The notes under the pieces: generated by a model
What the model was told of the DNA's origin: nothing
Database searches by the model: none
The model's input: only the letters and a program-made list of their open reading frames with translations
Part shown: positions 40,150 to 50,611 of the stretch, in pieces
How positions within the stretch are numbered: position 1 is the stretch's first letter
Layout of the letters: each line of letters opens with the position of its first letter
Program-made: the position numbers and the translations under genes
Source: SAR86 cluster bacterium
GTDB taxonomy: Bacteria > Pseudomonadota > Gammaproteobacteria > Magnimaribacterales > TMED112
DNA: 64,000 nt
Direction: 5' to 3'
Assembly: GCA_003331635.1 (NCBI GenBank)
Contig: QOPH01000005.1
Coordinates: forward strand, 914-64,913

Positions 40150-40686
40150 TTATGCTGTTGCTGTCTTCTTTCTTTCTTTTCTTATAATAGTTTCATTGTC
40201 AATGAACACTCCTTTGCCTTTGTAAGGTTCTGGAGGTCGAAATGCTCTTATTTCAGCACACACCTGTCCTAGCAGTTGTTTATCAGCAGATGTTAAATTA
40301 ATCTCAGTCTGGCTCTCAGACTTAGCTTCAACATTTTCAGGTAATTGATATTCTACTGGGTGAGAAAATCCTAGAGTTAAGGTAATTTTTTTTCCTTGCA
40401 CATTTGCACGGTACCCAACGCCATTGAGTTTTATATTTTTGGTGTAGCCCTTACTCACTCCAATGACACAATTATTAATTAACGATCTCGTTGTTCCAGC
40501 CATTGCTCTGTTTTCGTCTTTGGACCACTTAACAGTAATTTGATTATCTTTCATCTCAAAACTTATAGAATTGTGAACATTAAGAGAAAGCTCTCCTTTA
40601 GAACCTTTAAATTCCAGTAAGTTATCAACAATATTTATTGTTACTCCCTCAGGGATGATTACTGGATCTTTCGCTATTCTTGACAT
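40150..40686 (-). CDS. rplF: 50S ribosomal protein L6
   Basis: 178-aa ORF starting MSRIAKDPVIIPEGV. Confidence 0.96.
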   Translation of the reverse strand: MSRIAKDPVIIPEGVTINIVDNLLEFKGSKGELSLNVHNSISFEMKDNQITVKWSKDENRAMAGTTRSLINNCVIGVSKGYTKNIKLNGVGYRANVQGKKITLTLGFSHPVEYQLPENVEAKSESQTEINLTSADKQLLGQVCAEIRAFRPPEPYKGKGVFIDNETIIRKERKKTATA

Positions 40687-41072
40687 TAAAACACTCTGCA
40701 GATTATTTCTCCGCCCACTTGATTTTTTATTGCTTGGCTGTCAGTTAAAATTCCTTTACTTGTTGTTAACAGCTTTATACCTAAACCTCCTTTGTAAGGT
40801 TTAATATCTTTATAGTTAACGTATTTCCTTAATCCTGGTTTTGATTCTCTTGATATTTCTTTTATCACAGGTTTTTCTTCATGATATTTCAGTGTAATTT
40901 CAAGTTCATCAAAGTCTTTTTTAACTTTTTTAACACCCTCTAAAAAGCCCTCTTTTACAAGAGCCTTCAACAATTCATGTTTTAACTTTGAATAGGGTGC
41001 GTTTACGTTTTTCTTCCCACGCATTAAAGCATTTCTTATTCTTGTTAAAAGGTCTGCTATAGGATCTGTCAT
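40686..41072 (-). CDS. rpsH: 30S ribosomal protein S8
   Basis: 128-aa ORF starting MTDPIADLLTRIRNA. Confidence 0.96.
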   Translation of the reverse strand: MTDPIADLLTRIRNALMRGKKNVNAPYSKLKHELLKALVKEGFLEGVKKVKKDFDELEITLKYHEEKPVIKEISRESKPGLRKYVNYKDIKPYKGGLGIKLLTTSKGILTDSQAIKNQVGGEIICRVF

Positions 41073-41076
41073 AATA

Positions 41077-41379
41077 TTACCAACTTGATTTTTTTACTCC
41101 AGGAAGCTTCCCTGTCATTGCAAGCTCTCTAAGCTTTGCTCTACTAAGCCCAAATTTTCTATAAACTCCTTTTGGTCGACCAGTCAATTCACATCTACGG
41201 ACAACTCTATTAGGATTTGAATTTCTAGGAAGTTTTTGAAGTTTTTTTTGTGCCTCCATTTTTTCCTCAAATGTCTCAGCTTTTCTCATTTCTTCTTTAA
41301 TACTTTTTCTTTTCTCTAAATATTGAGAAGTTAACTTCAGTTTCTTTTTTTCTCTCTCTATGATTGATTTTCTAGCCAT
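41077..41379 (-). CDS. rpsN: 30S ribosomal protein S14 (long, non-zinc form)
   Basis: 100-aa ORF with C-terminal [24 protein letters not shown]. Confidence 0.95.
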   Translation of the reverse strand: MARKSIIEREKKKLKLTSQYLEKRKSIKEEMRKAETFEEKMEAQKKLQKLPRNSNPNRVVRRCELTGRPKGVYRKFGLSRAKLRELAMTGKLPGVKKSSW

Positions 41380-41917
41380 TTTTCCCCCTGAATGGAAAAT
41401 TAAAACTCTCTAGAAGTTCTTTTGCCTCATTATCTGTTTTAGCAGAAGTCGTAATTGCTATATCCATTCCTCTCAACTTATCTATTTTGTCATAATCAAT
41501 CTCTGGAAAAATTATCTGTTCCTTAATGCCAAGGTTATAATTTCCCATCCCATCAAAAGACTTTTGATTTAAACCTCTAAAATCCTTTTCTCTTGGTATT
41601 GCAAGATTAATAAGCCTTTCAAAAAAATCATACATTTTATTACCTCTTAAAGTTACTTTGCAGCCAATAGGATATTGCTCTCTTATTTTAAAAGTTGAAA
41701 CAGCTTGTTTAGCCTTAGTTACAACAGGTTTTTGTCCTGATATAGCCTCTAAGTCATTTAAAGCATTTTCTAGAATTTTTTTGTCTTTTGAAGCTTCACC
41801 TACACCCATATTTATTGTAATTTTTTCAAGCTTAGGGACCTCCATAACAGACTTATAACCAAGTTTTTCTTTGAGGTTTGGAACTATTTCTTTTTGATAA
41901 TGATTTTTTAAATTCAC
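41372..41917 (-). CDS. rplE: 50S ribosomal protein L5
   Basis: 181-aa ORF. spc position, L5-like throughout. Confidence 0.96.
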   Translation of the reverse strand: MNLKNHYQKEIVPNLKEKLGYKSVMEVPKLEKITINMGVGEASKDKKILENALNDLEAISGQKPVVTKAKQAVSTFKIREQYPIGCKVTLRGNKMYDFFERLINLAIPREKDFRGLNQKSFDGMGNYNLGIKEQIIFPEIDYDKIDKLRGMDIAITTSAKTDNEAKELLESFNFPFRGKNG

Positions 41918-42237
41918 TTTTTCACCTCTTTTTTATTTGATCTAAAAAGCCTTACTTTTTTATCCTTTAATTCTCCAAAAGAAATCTTGTCTCTTTTATT
42001 AGAAGAGCCATTCCATATCATTAAATTTGATAGATGGATCGACATTTCTTTTTCAATTATTCCTCCAGTGATACCTAATTGTGGATTAGGCTTAGTATGT
42101 CTTTTAACAAGATTCATATCGTTCACAATACATCTTTGGCCAATAATTCTTGATATATTCCCTCTTTTTCCTTTATCTTTACCAGAGATAACAATCACTT
42201 CATCGCCCTCTCTTAGTTTTGTACTTTTTGCTTTCAT
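41914..42237 (-). CDS. rplX: 50S ribosomal protein L24
   Basis: 107-aa ORF with KOW motif [16 protein letters not shown]. Confidence 0.95.
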   Translation of the reverse strand: MKAKSTKLREGDEVIVISGKDKGKRGNISRIIGQRCIVNDMNLVKRHTKPNPQLGITGGIIEKEMSIHLSNLMIWNGSSNKRDKISFGELKDKKVRLFRSNKKEVKK

Positions 42238-42605
42238 TAAAGGACCTCCGGAGCGAGTGATACAATTTTCATGAATTTAGCTGATCTCAACTCACGTGTA
42301 ACAGGGCCAAAAATCCTTGTAGCAATAGGTTCTTTGTTATTGTTTAAAAGAACTACTGCATTCTCATCAAAACCAATTTTAGATCCGTCGTTTCTTCTTA
42401 CACCTGATCTTGACCTCACAATTAATGCGTTCATGACAGAACCTTTCTTAATCTTGCTTTGTGGCAGCGCATCTTTCACTGCTACCTTGATTACATCGCC
42501 TATATTTGCAGTTCTTCTTTTTGATCCACCCAAAACTTTAATGCACATAACTTCTCGTGCACCACTATTGTCTGCAACATTTAACATGCTTTGTGTTTGA
42601 ATCAT
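42237..42605 (-). CDS. rplN: 50S ribosomal protein L14
   Basis: 122-aa ORF starting [17 protein letters not shown]. Confidence 0.97.
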   Translation of the reverse strand: MIQTQSMLNVADNSGAREVMCIKVLGGSKRRTANIGDVIKVAVKDALPQSKIKKGSVMNALIVRSRSGVRRNDGSKIGFDENAVVLLNNNKEPIATRIFGPVTRELRSAKFMKIVSLAPEVL

Positions 42606-42910
42606 TCTTTTTGTTCCTCAGGTTTTATTTCTTCTTTATCCTTTTTTTCAGCTTTCTTTTTCACTGGTTTTTTCCCACCTAAAACTTCTAAAATTTTCCA
42701 ACTTTTTGTCTTAGAAATTGGACGACACTCCTGAATTAGAACCTCATCGCCTTCTTTTGAAACATCTTTTTCATCGTGTGCATGATATTTAGTTGAAAGA
42801 TTTATGTATTTGCCATACTTTGGATGTTTTTGCCTTCTATTGACTAAAATTGTTCTAGTTTTTGACATTTTATGGCTAATCACTTTTCCTTGAAGAGTTC
42901 TAACTGGCAT
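42602..42910 (-). CDS. rpsQ: 30S ribosomal protein S17 with about 20-aa K/E-rich C-terminal tail
   Basis: 102-aa ORF with [12 protein letters not shown] and [11 protein letters not shown] core. Tail is [23 protein letters not shown]. Confidence 0.95.
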   Translation of the reverse strand: MPVRTLQGKVISHKMSKTRTILVNRRQKHPKYGKYINLSTKYHAHDEKDVSKEGDEVLIQECRPISKTKSWKILEVLGGKKPVKKKAEKKDKEEIKPEEQKE

Positions 42911-43100
42911 TTTTATTCCTCATTTCTGTTTTAATTCTTGCTATATTTTTTTTCTTCTCTTTCAGAAGATGACTTTCTTTAAGCTGGCCCATTTTATGCT
43001 TGAAATTGCTCTCAAACAACTCTTTCCTCTCTGAAATTAATTCTTTCTGCAGAGCCTCTAATTTCATGGACTTATAGTCTTTAACTTTCTTCTTAGCCAT
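42900..43100 (-). CDS. rpmC: 50S ribosomal protein L29
   Basis: ORF track gives 42900-43187. Start placed at internal Met ([21 protein letters not shown]), giving 66 aa, the usual L29 size. The upstream part overlaps rplP out of frame. Confidence 0.9.
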   Translation of the reverse strand: MAKKKVKDYKSMKLEALQKELISERKELFESNFKHKMGQLKESHLLKEKKKNIARIKTEMRNKNAS

Positions 43101-43515
43101 TTGCTCCTCTCTTTGTAAAAGTTGTAGCCATAGGAAGTTTTGCACTTGCAAGTTCAAAAGCTTTTTTTGCATCTTTCTCAGAAACACCAGCTACTTCATA
43201 TAAAATTTTACCAGGCCTTACAGGGCTCGCCCAATACTCAACATTCCCTTTTCCTTTACCTTGTCTAGTTTCCAATGGTTTTTTGGTAATTGGCTTATCA
43301 GGGAATACTCTTATCCATACTTTTCCACCTCTTTTTATATACCTAACCAACGCTCTCCTAGCAGCCTCTATCTGACGTGAAGTAACCATTGCATGCCCCA
43401 CAGCTTTTAATCCAAAATCGCCAAAAGAAACTTGATTCCCAGCTGAAGCAAAACCAGTATTTCTGCCCTTCATTTGTTTTCTATATTTTGTTTTTTTAGG
43501 CTGAAGCATTTGCAT
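43093..43515 (-). CDS. rplP: 50S ribosomal protein L16
   Basis: 140-aa ORF. L16 normally starts MLQPKRTK, so the true start may be the third codon (43509). Confidence 0.95.
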   Translation of the reverse strand: MQMLQPKKTKYRKQMKGRNTGFASAGNQVSFGDFGLKAVGHAMVTSRQIEAARRALVRYIKRGGKVWIRVFPDKPITKKPLETRQGKGKGNVEYWASPVRPGKILYEVAGVSEKDAKKAFELASAKLPMATTFTKRGANG

Positions 43516-44131
43516 CTCCTCTGTAAATCCAAACCTTAACGCCTAAAATCCCATAAGTTGTTAACGCTTCACTTGTTGCATAATCAATATCTGCTTTTAG
43601 TGTATGAAGAGGGACTCTACCTTCTCTATACCACTCAGATCTTGCTATTTCAGCTCCATTCAGCCTTCCAGAAACCTCTATCCTTATACCCTTAGCACCC
43701 TGACGCATAGTATTTTGCACAGCTCTTTTCATTGCTTTTCTAAACATAATTCTCTTTTCTAGTTGTTGTGTTACTGAATCTGCCACTAATTGAGCATCTA
43801 AATCAGGCTGCTTAACTTCAACAACATTTAATTTCACATCTTGTTTAACTACTTTCTTTAATTCAGATTTGATTTTCTCAATCTCTTCACCTTTCTTTCC
43901 TATCACTATTCCTGGTCTTGATGTCTTGATATCTACAATTACCTCTTCCATTGTCCTTTTAATTACTACAGCGCTAATCGGTGCTTGAGGAAGAATTTCT
44001 TTTACTCTTTTCCTAATTTTTAAATCTTGTAAAACAAGCTTTGAATAATCTTTCGATTTTGCAAACCAAATAGAATCGTGATCTCTAGATGTTCCTAATC
44101 TGAAGCCTACTGGATTAACTTTCTGACCCAT
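43496..44131 (-). CDS. rpsC: 30S ribosomal protein S3
   Basis: 211-aa ORF starting [13 protein letters not shown]. Confidence 0.96.
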   Translation of the reverse strand: MGQKVNPVGFRLGTSRDHDSIWFAKSKDYSKLVLQDLKIRKRVKEILPQAPISAVVIKRTMEEVIVDIKTSRPGIVIGKKGEEIEKIKSELKKVVKQDVKLNVVEVKQPDLDAQLVADSVTQQLEKRIMFRKAMKRAVQNTMRQGAKGIRIEVSGRLNGAEIARSEWYREGRVPLHTLKADIDYATSEALTTYGILGVKVWIYRGDANASA

Positions 44132-44474
44132 CTTTAGCCTCCTTGTTGTCTGTAAGCATTATTTCAATGTTGCAAAAAGGTTTTCTGATTCTATCTGCTC
44201 TACCTCTTGCTCTAATTTTTATTCTTTTCATAACGAATCCTTTGTTAACTATTATCGATTTGATTGCTAATTCATCTATATTTGCTTCTTCATTATTTTC
44301 TGCATTTGAAATTGCTGAGTTAAGTAACTTTTTAATTAAATCTGATCCTTTTTTCTTTGAAAAATTTAATATATCTAGGGCTTTTTCTACGCCCAACCCT
44401 CTGATTTGGTCTGCAACCAAGCCTGCTTTTTGTGGTGAGAGTCTTGCTCCTCTTAGATATGCTCTTACTTCCAT
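44115..44474 (-). CDS. rplV: 50S ribosomal protein L22
   Basis: 119-aa ORF. S10-operon position between rpsS and rpsC. Confidence 0.95.
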   Translation of the reverse strand: MEVRAYLRGARLSPQKAGLVADQIRGLGVEKALDILNFSKKKGSDLIKKLLNSAISNAENNEEANIDELAIKSIIVNKGFVMKRIKIRARGRADRIRKPFCNIEIMLTDNKEAKDGSES

Positions 44475-44749
44475 TATGTTTTTACTTTTCTATCTCCTGA
44501 ATGTAATTTAAATGTTCTTGTCATAGAAAACTCTCCTAATTTTTGACCAACCATATCCTCTCTAACAAATACAGGAATATGCTGCCTTCCATTGTGAACA
44601 GCAATAGTCAATCCAACCATGTCAGGAGTTATCATGGATGATCTTGACCAAGTTTTAATTGGTTTTTTATCTTTTGTCTCAATCGCTTTCAGAACTTTTT
44701 TTTCAAGAGAATGATCAACAAATGGTCCTTTTTTACTTGACCTAGCCAT
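44474..44749 (-). CDS. rpsS: 30S ribosomal protein S19
   Basis: 91-aa ORF starting [12 protein letters not shown]. Confidence 0.96.
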   Translation of the reverse strand: MARSSKKGPFVDHSLEKKVLKAIETKDKKPIKTWSRSSMITPDMVGLTIAVHNGRQHIPVFVREDMVGQKLGEFSMTRTFKLHSGDRKVKT

Positions 44750-45570
44750 TATTTATATCTCCTTTTCACTATGAGTTTATCGCTCGCTTTTGGTTTTCTT
44801 GTTCTATATCCCTTGGTAGGTGTACCCCAAGGAGATACTGGATTTCTTCCACCAGAAGTCTTTCCTTCACCCCCACCATGTGGATGATCAACTGGGTTCA
44901 TTGCAACACCTCTGACTGTTGGTCTAATTCCTCTCCATCTCATTGCACCTGCTTTACCAATGGATTGTAAATTATGTTGTTCGTTTGATATTACGCCTAC
45001 AGTAGCTCGACAACTCAGGAGTATTTTCCTCATTTCACCAGAACTTAGTCTCAATGTTGCATACTTACCTTCCTTTGCAACCAATCTGGCAGTTGTGCCA
45101 GCAGCTCTAGCTATTTGAGCGCCTTTTCCTGGACGCATTTCAATACAATGGACTTCTGTTCCTTGTGGAATCTTTGCTAACGGCAGCGAATTCCCATCTT
45201 TTATTGGAGCATTTTCTCCAGATAAAATTTTTGCTTTAACTTTTAATTTTTTAGGAGCAATTATGTAAGACTTATCTCCATCTTTATACTCAATTAATGC
45301 AATATTTGCTGACCTATTAGGATCATATTCAATTGTTTTTACAACACCTTCAATATCAAATTTGTTTCTTTTAAAATCAATTATTCTATACAGTCTTTTA
45401 TGGCCTCCACCTCTATGGCGAACTGTAATATTTCCATTATTATTTCTTCCAGAAGTTCTTTTTTTTGACTCTACGAGAGTCTTTTCTGGTCTTCCTTTGT
45501 AAAGATCTTGTTTGATATTTACTCTGAACCTTCTGCCTGGTGATGTTGGTTTTGCCTTAATAATTGCCAT
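44749..45570 (-). CDS. rplB: 50S ribosomal protein L2
   Basis: 273-aa ORF with [14 protein letters not shown] motif. Confidence 0.97.
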   Translation of the reverse strand: MAIIKAKPTSPGRRFRVNIKQDLYKGRPEKTLVESKKRTSGRNNNGNITVRHRGGGHKRLYRIIDFKRNKFDIEGVVKTIEYDPNRSANIALIEYKDGDKSYIIAPKKLKVKAKILSGENAPIKDGNSLPLAKIPQGTEVHCIEMRPGKGAQIARAAGTTARLVAKEGKYATLRLSSGEMRKILLSCRATVGVISNEQHNLQSIGKAGAMRWRGIRPTVRGVAMNPVDHPHGGGEGKTSGGRNPVSPWGTPTKGYRTRKPKASDKLIVKRRYK

Positions 45571-45869
45571 TATTTAAAAGGGTTTTCTAGATTAATTTCT
45601 TTCCCTTCCTCCAGTTTTATATAAGCTTTTTTAAAGGTTTTAGTTTTGTATTTGCCAAATCTTGTTCTTTTATTTTTAAATTTAGTATTTAAAACTCTTA
45701 TTGATTTCACAACGACACCAAAAATTTCTTCAGTTGCTTTTTTAATCTCCGTCTTTGTAGCATCTTTATTAACTTTAAAAACATAAGTATTTGAAACACT
45801 TTTTTGAATAGCAGATTTTTCACTTATTAAAGGAGAAAGTATTTGTTTATATGTTTTTTCACTTAACAT
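45570..45869 (-). CDS. rplW: 50S ribosomal protein L23
   Basis: 99-aa ORF. S10-operon position between rplD and rplB. Confidence 0.94.
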   Translation of the reverse strand: MLSEKTYKQILSPLISEKSAIQKSVSNTYVFKVNKDATKTEIKKATEEIFGVVVKSIRVLNTKFKNKRTRFGKYKTKTFKKAYIKLEEGKEINLENPFK

Positions 45870-46476
45870 TTAAAAGCTCCTTTATTTTTGGTACAGATGA
45901 ATGTGTTAGTAAAATATGTTTAGCTTTAATAAGATCGTAGGGATTTAAATCTGATACCTCTAAAAAAGAGAAATTCTTCAGATTTCTCATAGCTAGAATG
46001 GATTTCTGATCAAATTCATCGGAAATTAAAAGTGCTGAATCTAGTTTCATTTTTTCGAAGAATAATTTAGCTTCTTTAGTTTTACCTTCTTTAAATTTAA
46101 TATCCTTTACAAGATCTAATCTTTTTTCAGTCTTGAATTTTGAAAGAATTGATGCAAGAGCTTTTTTTGCCATTTTTTTGTTTGTTTTCTTTTTATAGTT
46201 CTTTACATTTGCAAAAGTAACTCCACCCCCTACCCAAATAGGACTTCTTATAGTTCCAGCTCTTGCTCGACCAGTCCCTTTTTGTTTAAAAGGTTTTTTT
46301 CCTCCGCCCCTTACATCTGATCGATTTTTTAATAGCACTGATCCTTGTCTTTCAGAGCTCATATAGCTTGTGAGAACTTGATGTACTAAAGATTCATTAA
46401 AGTCTACTGAGAATATTTCAGAAGGTAATTTTGGTGATGAAGTTTTAGTGCTTTTGCTAGTTTCAGACTTAGGCAT
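45859..46476 (-). CDS. rplD: 50S ribosomal protein L4
   Basis: 205-aa ORF with KPFKQKGTGRARAGTIRSPIWVGGG motif. Confidence 0.95.
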   Translation of the reverse strand: MPKSETSKSTKTSSPKLPSEIFSVDFNESLVHQVLTSYMSSERQGSVLLKNRSDVRGGGKKPFKQKGTGRARAGTIRSPIWVGGGVTFANVKNYKKKTNKKMAKKALASILSKFKTEKRLDLVKDIKFKEGKTKEAKLFFEKMKLDSALLISDEFDQKSILAMRNLKNFSFLEVSDLNPYDLIKAKHILLTHSSVPKIKELLNVK

Positions 46477-47257
46477 CTTTTTTATCCTCTACTTCTTCTG
46501 GTTTAGCTTCTGCTTCTGGTTTTTCTTCTGGTTTAGCTTCTGCTTCTGGTTTTTCTTCTGGTTTAGCTTCTGCTTCTGGTTTTTCTTCTGGTTTTGCCTC
46601 TGTAGAGAGCATATTCATAACAGAAAATTCAGAATCACTATCTTTTATGGATGGTGTAATCTTTAAAAAAGATCCTATTGGTCCAGGTACTGACCCTTTG
46701 ACCAAAATAAGATTTTCGTCATAATCTATTTTTTCGATTTCTAAGTTTTGAATTGTAACTTTAGTATTTCCATATTGTCCTGCCATTTTCTTTCCTTTAA
46801 AAACTCTTCCAGGAAATTGACATTGACCAATCGAACCTGGTGCTCTGTGTGATAATGAATTTCCGTGTGTAGCATCTTGTGTCTTAAAATTATGCCTTTT
46901 AACTACTCCAGAAAAACCTTTTCCTTTTGATATTCCTGATACATCAACCTTAGAATTTTCTTTAAACCCTTTTAAAGAGATTTTTTTGGCTTCTTTTAAT
47001 TCATTAAATTCAGTTTCTGAAACATTGAATTCGGTTAAGTATCCCTTATTTTTTGTTGTGAATTTTTTTTCTAAACTTTTTGATACTTTTCTCTTAGACC
47101 CATAATTTACTTGTACAGCAAAGTAACCATCTTTTTCTTGGGATTTTCTTTGTACTATTTTACTATCTTCGATTTTGATTACTGTTACAGGAATAGAGTT
47201 ACCATCATCTTTAAAGACGCGCGACATCCCCTTTTTTAAACCAACTAAACCAAGCAT
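46469..47257 (-). CDS. rplC: 50S ribosomal protein L3 with about 57-aa acidic C-terminal extension
   Basis: 262-aa ORF with canonical L3 to about aa 205 (MLGLVGLKKGMSRVF...). The tail contains EAKPEEKPEA repeats. Confidence 0.95.
   Translation of the reverse strand: MLGLVGLKKGMSRVFKDDGNSIPVTVIKIEDSKIVQRKSQEKDGYFAVQVNYGSKRKVSKSLEKKFTTKNKGYLTEFNVSETEFNELKEAKKISLKGFKENSKVDVSGISKGKGFSGVVKRHNFKTQDATHGNSLSHRAPGSIGQCQFPGRVFKGKKMAGQYGNTKVTIQNLEIEKIDYDENLILVKGSVPGPIGSFLKITPSIKDSDSEFSVMNMLSTEAKPEEKPEAEAKPEEKPEAEAKPEEKPEAEAKPEEVEDKKDA
46493..46600 (-). repeat. in-frame 30-nt tandem repeat x3.6 encoding EAKPEEKPEA (L3 tail)
   Basis: Plus strand cttctggtttagcttctgcttctggttttt is repeated three times with no mismatch, followed by a partial copy. 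Confidence 0.93.
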
Positions 47258-47258
47258 T

Positions 47259-47570
47259 TTAATTAAGGGTAATTTTTACATCAACACCTGCTGCAATATC
47301 TAATCGCATAAGTGCGTCAACAGTTTGTTCTGTTGGGTTAATGATATCGAAAAGACGTTTATGAGTTCTTGTCTCATATTGATCTCTTGCATCTTTATCT
47401 TTATGTGGAGAAATTAGAATTGTCAGTCTTTCTTTTTTAACAGGCAGTGGAATAGGTCCAATAACTTTGGCCCCAGTCTTTGTTACGGTCTCGACTATTT
47501 CCTTAGTAGATTTATCAACTAATTTGTGGTCGAAAGCCTTTAATTTAATTCTAATTTTTTGCTGTTCCAT
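47259..47570 (-). CDS. rpsJ: 30S ribosomal protein S10
   Basis: 103-aa ORF starting [19 protein letters not shown]. Confidence 0.96.
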   Translation of the reverse strand: MEQQKIRIKLKAFDHKLVDKSTKEIVETVTKTGAKVIGPIPLPVKKERLTILISPHKDKDARDQYETRTHKRLFDIINPTEQTVDALMRLDIAAGVDVKITLN

Positions 47571-47597
47571 ACTATCAATTCATACCGAAAGACCACA

Positions 47598-47626
47598 ATT
47601 TTAGGGCTTTAGATATGTGCTGTCAA
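47598..47626 (-). promoter_or_regulatory. candidate sigma70 promoter for the S10 operon (TTGACA-17-TAAAAT)
   Basis: On the minus strand of the 65-nt fusA-rpsJ spacer: perfect -35 TTGACA (47626-47621), 17-nt spacer, -10 TAAAAT (47603-47598). This predicts a 5' UTR of only about 20 nt. Sequence match only. Confidence 0.45.
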
Positions 47627-47635
47627 AGGATTTGA

Positions 47636-49723
47636 CTAATTCTTATTGATTATTTCTTCGGTTAAATTTGAAGGAACTTCTAGATATTTTTGAAACTCCA
47701 TAGTGTATGTTGCTCTTCCCTGTGTTGCAGATCTCAAATCTGTTGCATAACCGAACATTTCTGAAAGGGGAACAAGTGCTTTAATAGCCTTTCCTGAGGG
47801 GATATCTTCCATATTTTGAACCTGTCCTCTTCGTCTATTTAAATCTCCTACTACATCACCCATATAATCTTCAGGAGTTACAACTTCTACATCCATCATT
47901 GGTTCTAGTAATATAGGTTTTGCCTTCATAGCACCATCTTTAGCTGCCATTGATCCAGCTAGTTTAAAAGCCATTTCACTTGAATCGACATCATGATATG
48001 AGCCGTCATATAGCGTAACCTTTACTCCTTGAAGTGGATATCCTGCTATAACACCATTTTGAAGTTGTTCTTTAACACCTTTGGAAACTGCAGGAATATA
48101 CTCTTTGGGTATTGCTCCCCCTTTGATTTCATCAATAAATTCAAATTCCTCTTCGATGGGCTCCATTCTCATAAGAACGTGTCCATATTGGCCTCTACCA
48201 CCTGACTGTTTTGCATATTTTGCTTCAACTTCAACATTTTGTGTAATTGCCTCTCTATATGCAACTTGAGGTTTTCCTACATTTGCCTCCACACTGAATT
48301 CTCTTTTCATCCTTTCAACCAGAACCTCTAAATGCAATTCTCCCATTCCAGATATTATTGTTTGACCTGATTCCTCATCTGAACTTACTCTAAAAGAGGG
48401 ATCTTCTTGTGCAAGCTTACCAAGCGCTATTGACATCTTTTCTTGGTCAGGTTTTGATTTTGGCTCAACTGCTAGAGATATTACTGGTTCAGGAAATTCC
48501 ATCCTTTCTAGAACAACTAAATTTTTCCCATCTGAAAGTGTATCCCCAGTGGTTACGTTCTTAAGACCTATACAAGCGGCAATATCGCCTGCTCTTACCT
48601 CTTTTATTTCTTCTCTATTATTGGAGTGCATTTGTACCATTCTTCCAATTCTTTCTTTATCGTCTTTAACTGTATTGATAACGCCATCACCTTGTGACAG
48701 AACACCAGAATAAACTCTTACAAAAGTAAGATTGCCTACAAAAGGATCTGTAGCTATTTTGAATGCAAGTGCTGAAAAAGGCTCTTCATCACTTGAACTT
48801 CTTAAGGTGCTTTCCTCTGTTTTAGGGTTAACTCCTTCGATAGCTTTGACTTCATCTGGAGCGGGTAAAAATTCAATAACTGCATCTAAAACTGCTTGAA
48901 CTCCTTTATTTTTAAATGCTGAGCCGCATAATGCTAAAGTTATTTCGTTTGATAAAACTCTTTCTCTTAGGCCTTTTTTTATTTCTTCCTCTGATAGGTC
49001 TGATGTTTCTAAATATTTTTCCATTAAATCCTCATTTGCTTCTGCAGCTGCTTCAACTAATTCCTCCCTTAGAGACTGGCATTTTGAATTAAGCTCTTCA
49101 GGTATATCTGTATATTCGAAAGTAGATCCCTTATCGGCTTCATTCCAAGTAATTGTTTTCATTTTAATAAGATCTATAACACCTTTAAAATCGTCTTCAG
49201 CTCCAATGTTATATTGTATAGGAACGACAGTCGCACCTAATCTTTCTCTAATTTGTCCTACAACCCTTTCAAAGTCAGCTCCAGCTCTATCCATTTTGTT
49301 TACAAAAACAATTCGTGGAACCTCATATCTATTTGCCTGTCTCCAGACCGTTTCAGATTGTGGCTGAACGCCCGAAGATCCACAAAAAACAACAACTGCT
49401 CCATCAAGAACTCTTAATGATCTTTCTACCTCAATAGTAAAATCTACGTGCCCAGGAGTATCAATAATATTTACTCTGTGTTCTTCAAACTGTTGATCCA
49501 TACCTTTCCAAAAGCATGTTGTTGCAGCAGATGTAATAGTTATTCCTCGTTCTTGTTCTTGCTCCATCCAGTCCATAACAGCAGCTCCGTCATGCACTTC
49601 CCCAATTTTGTGTGAAATCCCAGTATAGAAAAGAACTCTTTCAGTTGTAGTTGTCTTACCAGCATCAACATGGGCACAAATTCCTATATTTCTGTAACGG
49701 TTTAAAGGTGTTTTTCTTGCCAT
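47636..49723 (-). CDS. fusA: elongation factor G
   Basis: 695-aa ORF with [14 protein letters not shown]1 motif. rpsL-rpsG-fusA order. Confidence 0.97.
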   Translation of the reverse strand: MARKTPLNRYRNIGICAHVDAGKTTTTERVLFYTGISHKIGEVHDGAAVMDWMEQEQERGITITSAATTCFWKGMDQQFEEHRVNIIDTPGHVDFTIEVERSLRVLDGAVVVFCGSSGVQPQSETVWRQANRYEVPRIVFVNKMDRAGADFERVVGQIRERLGATVVPIQYNIGAEDDFKGVIDLIKMKTITWNEADKGSTFEYTDIPEELNSKCQSLREELVEAAAEANEDLMEKYLETSDLSEEEIKKGLRERVLSNEITLALCGSAFKNKGVQAVLDAVIEFLPAPDEVKAIEGVNPKTEESTLRSSSDEEPFSALAFKIATDPFVGNLTFVRVYSGVLSQGDGVINTVKDDKERIGRMVQMHSNNREEIKEVRAGDIAACIGLKNVTTGDTLSDGKNLVVLERMEFPEPVISLAVEPKSKPDQEKMSIALGKLAQEDPSFRVSSDEESGQTIISGMGELHLEVLVERMKREFSVEANVGKPQVAYREAITQNVEVEAKYAKQSGGRGQYGHVLMRMEPIEEEFEFIDEIKGGAIPKEYIPAVSKGVKEQLQNGVIAGYPLQGVKVTLYDGSYHDVDSSEMAFKLAGSMAAKDGAMKAKPILLEPMMDVEVVTPEDYMGDVVGDLNRRRGQVQNMEDIPSGKAIKALVPLSEMFGYATDLRSATQGRATYTMEFQKYLEVPSNLTEEIINKN

Positions 49724-49725
49724 TT

Positions 49726-50567
<842 letters not shown>

Positions 50568-50579
50568 ATCAAAAGAAGA

Positions 50580-50608
50580 ATAATATAGCAGTGAATATCA
50601 TCGGTCAA
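50580..50608 (-). promoter_or_regulatory. weak candidate sigma70 promoter upstream of rpsL (TTGACC-17-TATTAT)
   Basis: Minus strand of the 44-nt rpoC-rpsL spacer: -35 at 50608-50603 and -10 at 50585-50580. This would leave only a ~5-6 nt leader with no Shine-Dalgarno. AT-rich background makes chance matches likely. Confidence 0.3.
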
Positions 50609-50611
50609 TAT

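Noticed and set aside
43101-43187. N-terminal 29-aa extension of rpmC in the ORF track (95 aa)
   Set aside because: The extension overlaps the rplP C-terminus out of frame and has no L29 similarity. The internal Met gives the canonical 66-aa L29.
46448-46666. 72-aa plus-strand ORF (FWFSFCFWFFFW repeats) over the L3 repeat
   Set aside because: It is an antisense shadow of the EAKPEEKPEA repeat, and the L3 frame is continuous with the conserved core.
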